The translations under genes were made by a program, and so were the position numbers. A stretch of DNA of 64,000 bases from Sarea resinae (lineage: Eukaryota), in assembly GCA_026026165.1 (NCBI GenBank), contig JAPEUD010000036.1, positions 62,001-126,000 of the forward strand, given 5' to 3'. The stretch's first letter is position 1. The number at the start of each line of letters is the position of its first letter. Below the pieces are notes generated by a model, which was not told the origin of the DNA, ran no database searches, and saw nothing but the letters and a program-made list of their open reading frames with translations. Shown here piece by piece: positions 58,889 to 64,000 of this stretch.

Positions 58889-60720
58889 CATGGATGCCTG
58901 GATTCAGGTAGCTTTCGATGGCTTGCTTGCTCGCCTGCGTTGCAAGCCAACAGGCTCTGCTGATGATATTCTGCGGCCCCGAGCTTATCTCTCTCTTTTG
59001 TATCTCTTTGTCTTCCTTAGATAAACACGCTAAATTGTCTTTTCCTCACAGGGGCGGCAGCGTCGATTTCGGCGTTCTGATATACCCACATCACATCACG
59101 AGGCGACATGAATTTATCAATGTAGTATTAGAGCTTTTATGCTGGCTGGCTGACCGCTGATGGATCTCCAGCCGAGCTAATTCCCCAGCGCTGTGCCGTC
59201 CGTCTTTATCGATCCACATTTAACTCCCCGGAGCAATCGAACGAACGCGGTTTTCTCACAGAATTCCTTCACTCTCATTAGTTCATCTCTTCCTCGTGCA
59301 TTACCTACCTATACTTTGACCCGTCCATCTTCATGGGCGAAACTCTCTTGAAATCTGTGTTTCTGCTTCATACGATACTTTGTTCTCGAAGATATCTTGT
59401 GAGTGAAACGCGAGAATACTAGTTTTGCGGTCTAATTTCAGGCTCTAGTTTTATCTTCGCCACGATCAGATACGATACGATACCGCAGTAGCAACAGTGC
59501 AATTGCGTTTTGCACAGATCGTCGACAACATTCGCCGGAACATTCTCATCATTGGCTGGCCCCGTGTTATGTCGCTGTTGCTCGCTCAGGAAAGCAAGAG
59601 CGAAAAGGTTCAGATGATGGCAGAAGCTCTTCTTGGCGTCGATCGCGCCTTCTCCAAATCTCCGACCTTTGGTTTCGTGCTTGCTCTGGATTGATTGTAC
59701 GAACCCCGCCATCACACTTTTTCTCTCATCGCTGATGCGCTTTATGCGTGTTTGTGAGGAGGGGATCTTCAGGGTTCACTATACGTGTTTGTTGATCCAA
59801 GAGAAATGAAGAGGCCGTATATGAGAATGGAATTGGGTGCTATTACAAGGAGAGGGGTGCAGTCTGATTCAGCCATAGACGATCCACAAACATGTCAAAC
59901 GAGACCTGATGGCATTTCCGAAGAGCTGACCTTTCCCCTTCTCTTCTCGCGCACAGAAAGAGGCAAGTCGAGGAGAGCGATCGGCATCTTGATCTCGGTA
60001 TTGTTCATCCAAGGTTTCTAGGCTCGGCGCCCTCGGCGTCAAGTCATGTCCTCACATGGTTCCGATTTTGTCCAGAAGCAGCGTCGTGGTCCTGATGCTT
60101 GTGCTATCCAGAGGGCCGTGCCGACCGCTTTGATCGTCACCCACATCGATAGTGACGGCAACATCAGTCTGTTTGAGCATCTTCTCTCAAACGTCCGTTG
60201 TAGCTCAGTCATGCGTGAGCCAGTTGGATTTAGCCGTCTACCCATAATGGGGTTGGTATTAAGATTACAAGAAGTGGAGGTCCTAAGGCCCCCTACGAAG
60301 AAACACCAACAAGAAACGAGCTGGCTGATGGAGACATGCTGTGCGTGCCACGACGTCAAACAGGTCATGGCTGGCTGACTCCCGGGTACAGCTAGTATCT
60401 CCTCTCTGGTCTTGTACGCCATGTTGGCTCGAGGGGAACGAGCCCGCCAGAACATGCGGTTGGTTTGGTAACACAGACTGTGATATGAGGATATAAGATG
60501 TGGAAATCCCATCTTCTGTTCTCAGCTGATTCTCCTACCTCTGTCTCATTTAACCAGCACCTCTACAACATCGTGACGCGTGAATTTCAGCCCTACTATC
60601 AGAAGTCATCACGAATCGGTCCGGCTCTCCCCACGAAATCCTCCCTAGCGAACCGCACGGCAGGCGAGAGCATTAAGTACTCGGTACCTCCTTCTTGTAC
60701 TAGTGGAGCCCTTCAATAAT

Positions 60721-63473
60721 ATGTATTCGTTACTTCGTTCACATGCGCCGACATGGAGTCGTCAATTCAGGCTACTTCTCCTTGGCCTCATTGTGTTGCT
60801 TGCGCATGTAGGCTCGAGTATCGCACAAAGCCCTGATAGTCCATTGTCGGCCTACGCGCCTACGTACGGTAATTGCCCGAGCGATCTTAAGGTCCGCGGA
60901 GCTGCTCAGGTTGGTATATTCTTTTCTCTATTCCCAGGTCCGGGAAGTTTCATGGCTTTGGTTTGATTTGGTTTCTACCGTTTTGTTGATTATCTGTTCA
61001 CAAAGGCACCAATTTCGATATTATTTCCTTTTTTTTATTTCATGCCCCTGACTATCCTATCTCTGTGTAATCCGATGGCTCTTTGTTTGGCGCGTCGTTG
61101 CTTTGCTTTCCAAATCCAGGCTCTAAATCAAACTTCTAGGGGCTTTCACCAAATGAAACCGCCTGGCGTTCAACTCGCCTTCGGAATGTAATCAGTTCCT
61201 TACGAACATATCTTGAGCGAGCGAATATCACCGGCCTCGACCTCACTTCCTACTTGGGTAGCCTCAATGATTCCAATGCCCCTATCGTCGGTCTATCCGT
61301 ATCCGGTGGTGGCTCCACCTCGGGTCTGGGTGGGCTGGGAATTTGGCAGGCTTTCGACGACCGATATCCACCTGCGGTCGCAGCAGGCACTGGTGGCATA
61401 GTTCAGATATTGAGCTATCTCACCGGCCTAAGTGGCGGTGGCGGTTATACGGTAGTACCCTTGTCAGACTTTTCGTCACTCTGATGGCGACGCTCAAGCT
61501 GATTTCCTATAGGGCGAGTAATAATTTCAGCACCGTTGCAGATCTTCTTACAAAAGGCAACTACACGGCCAACTACGAGACTGGCCCCACCGGGAATTCT
61601 ACCAGTTATTTTGAGGGCATCTTCGAAGAGCTCGGATCGAAAGCCGAAGAGGGTTTTACTATATCGACCGGGGATGTCCTGGGCCGCTTCTTCTCCAATT
61701 TCCTGGCGCCCGAGTGGAGATATCGGGACTTCTCGAACATTGCCACATTCGCCAACCACTCCTTCGCACTGGGTCTAGGTCCCATGCCAATCGTCACCTT
61801 GGTCGAAGTCATCAACGGCTCCTCTTCATCTTACGACGGTGTCCTGTATCCCGGAAGTAACTCGTCCATACTGAATCACCTAAGTAACTACGAGCTGAGC
61901 CCCTTTGAATTCGGTAATTGGATAGGCGGCCGGGCGGAGGGCTTCATGCCGACGCAGTATATCGGCACGACGATGCTCAATGGCTCTGTGGCCAACATCT
62001 CCGAATGCGTCACGGGCTTCGACAAGATGTCGTTCGTGCAAGGGAGCACAAGTGACGCTTTCAACATCTACCTCATCACCAATTTCTCGAACAGTTCCCT
62101 GGAGCTCTTCGCCAAGCGCGATGACCCTGCCTGGAGTCCTCTAGAAAAACGCAAGACCTCCTCCTCAGCTGCGGCGCCAACCTCCCCCCAACCAATCTCG
62201 TTTGGCGGCATCTCCGTCCCCAGCGGTGATGAGAATAGCGGGTATCTCGAACTGGTCGAGCAAATCGCATCGAACTTCAACCAGACGGTCGAGGAGTCGC
62301 TATGGGCGACATATCCGAACCCGTTTCTGGACTATAGTAAGGCGATGAGCGGGGTGGAAGACTTGACGTTAGTGGACGGCAGCGAATCGGGGCAGACGAT
62401 ACCGTTCTGGCCTCTGCTGCAGCCGGCGAGGAAAGTCGATTTCATCATCGCTTTCGACGGCAGTCAGGACGGCACGGACGGTTGGAACAATGGCACCAAT
62501 CTTATTGGTATGTTCAAATGATGCCCCCTTGCACTCTGAACCTAGATCACAGAGTCCCCGTCCCTTTACCCACTCCCAATCTTTCCAATTCTTCAGTTTT
62601 CCACCCACTAACAAGCAGGCCCCACCACGGGGGCTCCATTCCATAGACACATACCACACAGCCCTCTCAGCGGGTCTGCCGTTCCCAGCCATCCCCGACG
62701 CGGCGACAATGGTGAATCTGCGCTTGAACCAGAACCCGACGTTCTTCGGATGCCCCGCACCGTACAGCCCGTCGTCGTCGTCCAACTCGACGTCGGCTTT
62801 CAACTCGACCGGTGGAAAGACGAATGATACGGCACCGCTGGTGCTGTATCTCAGCAATGCGCCCTGGACCGCATTCACGAATTATAGCTATACAACCGCC
62901 AAGTACGTGTCTTCCCCCTTTATTCCTTCTCTCCTCCTTTTCTGTCCCTTGCCAATCTTCCCTCTTCCCCTTCCCTCTTCCCCCATCGCCTTCTCCCCCA
63001 TCGCCTTCTCCCCGGCCCCTCAAAATCAAACTCCCTCACCGCCCACCTCCCCAACCTAATCCAACCCAACCCAATCCACCCCCACCCTCTCCCCACTATT
63101 CCCCACGTCCATCCATCCTGCCTAACATATGCCCCCCTACCTTCACAGTTTCACCCCCTCGAAAATATCCTCGATCCTACAAAACGACTTCTCCATCGCC
63201 ACCTTTGGCAACGGCACCACCCTCAACACCACCACCTCCTCCAACACCTCCTCTTCGTCAAACACCACCACCACCCCGAACTGGCCCACCTGCCTCGCCT
63301 GCGCCACCATCGCCAAATCCCTCGTCCGGCTCACCATCCCGCTGCCCGCCGCGTGCGAAGCCTGTTTTGCCGCGCATTGCTGGAACGGCACCGTGGTGTC
63401 GACGCCGGCCAGGCCGGTGTATGCGCCGTCTTTGATCTTGGGCGGGGATGGCGCTGGAGCGACGATTGTTTAG
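60721..63473 (+). CDS. Secreted lysophospholipase/phospholipase B (PLA2_B family), divergent
   Basis: Signal peptide, YAPTYGNCP, SGGG, GLSGG, YELSPFEFG, LVDGSE, PLLQPARKVDFIIAFD, PTFFGC, WPTCLACA; exons 60721-60909, 61140-61462, 61513-62507, 62647-62902, 63149-63473. Confidence 0.9.
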
Positions 63474-63502
63474 GTTAGGGGGTTACTTGTATGCTTGTAT
63501 AG

Positions 63503-63530
63503 GTGTGGATGTGGATGTGGATGTGGATGT
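63503..63530. repeat. (GTGGAT)n hexamer repeat
   Basis: Four or more units between convergent 3' ends. Confidence 0.85.
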
Positions 63531-63817
63531 ATGAAAAGTAGATAAGAGAATCATCAATCTCAATCCCAGTTGCTTGTACGCTAGGGCAGGGCAAGGGGGA
63601 GGGGGGGAAAAGACAAAGCAGCGGAAGGATAGATAGATCACATTCATTGTATACACAGCCCTGCTTTCTTCTCCTTCCTTCCATGTCTTTCTCCTTCTTC
63701 CAAGTGGCCAATAAAACACACGATTATCATACAAATCCACAATCGCTCCTCCCCGGGGCTCACCACTTCGCAAGTCCATCAATCCACTCACTACCCAAGC
63801 CCAACGACCAAGGGAAC

Positions 63818-64000
63818 CTAAGCAGCAGCGGCAGAAGCAGCAGCAGCATCGTCGCGGCCTGTAACAGGCAACTCCCTCCTCCGCAGCTCCTTCTCAATGA
63901 CCTTCCACCTGCCAACCGTCTTCTCGCGATCGATGGGCGTGACTCGGCGATCGAAGACCTTGACGTTCGGCAAGCTGGCCAGTCGGGCGTCGGTGGCGAG
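63818..64000 (-). CDS. 3' end of a conserved fungal hypothetical protein (partial)
   Basis: Open frame LATDARLASLPNVKVFDRRVTPIDREKTVGRWKVIEKELRRRELPVTGRDDAAAASAAAA* entering from the window edge; function not recognised. Confidence 0.7.
   Translation of the reverse strand, partial: LATDARLASLPNVKVFDRRVTPIDREKTVGRWKVIEKELRRRELPVTGRDDAAAASAAAA

Noticed and set aside
59400..60520. Short ORFs, including an LLDLPLSVREK F-box-like word on the minus strand
   Set aside because: Isolated word surrounded by stops, no supportable gene model.

Overview
Gene-dense, intron-containing genomic DNA from a filamentous ascomycete (Pezizomycotina-type GT..CTRAC..YAG introns); no bacterial features. About 22 intact host genes are recognisable: partial LRR-type protein, RPL13, a CENP-P/Ctf19-like protein, an Oxidored-like protein, DPM3, an ARM/SmgGDS-like protein, a dsRBD-DEAH helicase, a kelch protein, a CCDC6-like protein, Vip1-like RRM protein, SIP5, an aldo-keto reductase, PAM16, a Pex23/30-family peroxin, a double-GFA protein, TRF4/Cid14 and a phospholipase B. 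There is also an intron-containing tRNA-Ala(CGC). The most unusual feature is a ~6 kb decayed, RIP-like island (~19.8-25.95 kb) between the DEAH helicase and the tRNA. Its stop-interrupted frames can be rebuilt into (i) a DUF3435/Starship-captain-like tyrosine recombinase with a C2H2 tail and (ii) an Upf1-like SF1 helicase that is itself interrupted by a 245-bp solo-LTR-like insertion with an ACGT target duplication. Two tiny spliced metallothionein genes (27 aa and 21 aa), not resolved by the ORF track, lie in tandem at ~50-52.4 kb. All family calls come from manual translation and motif recognition; no database searches were run.
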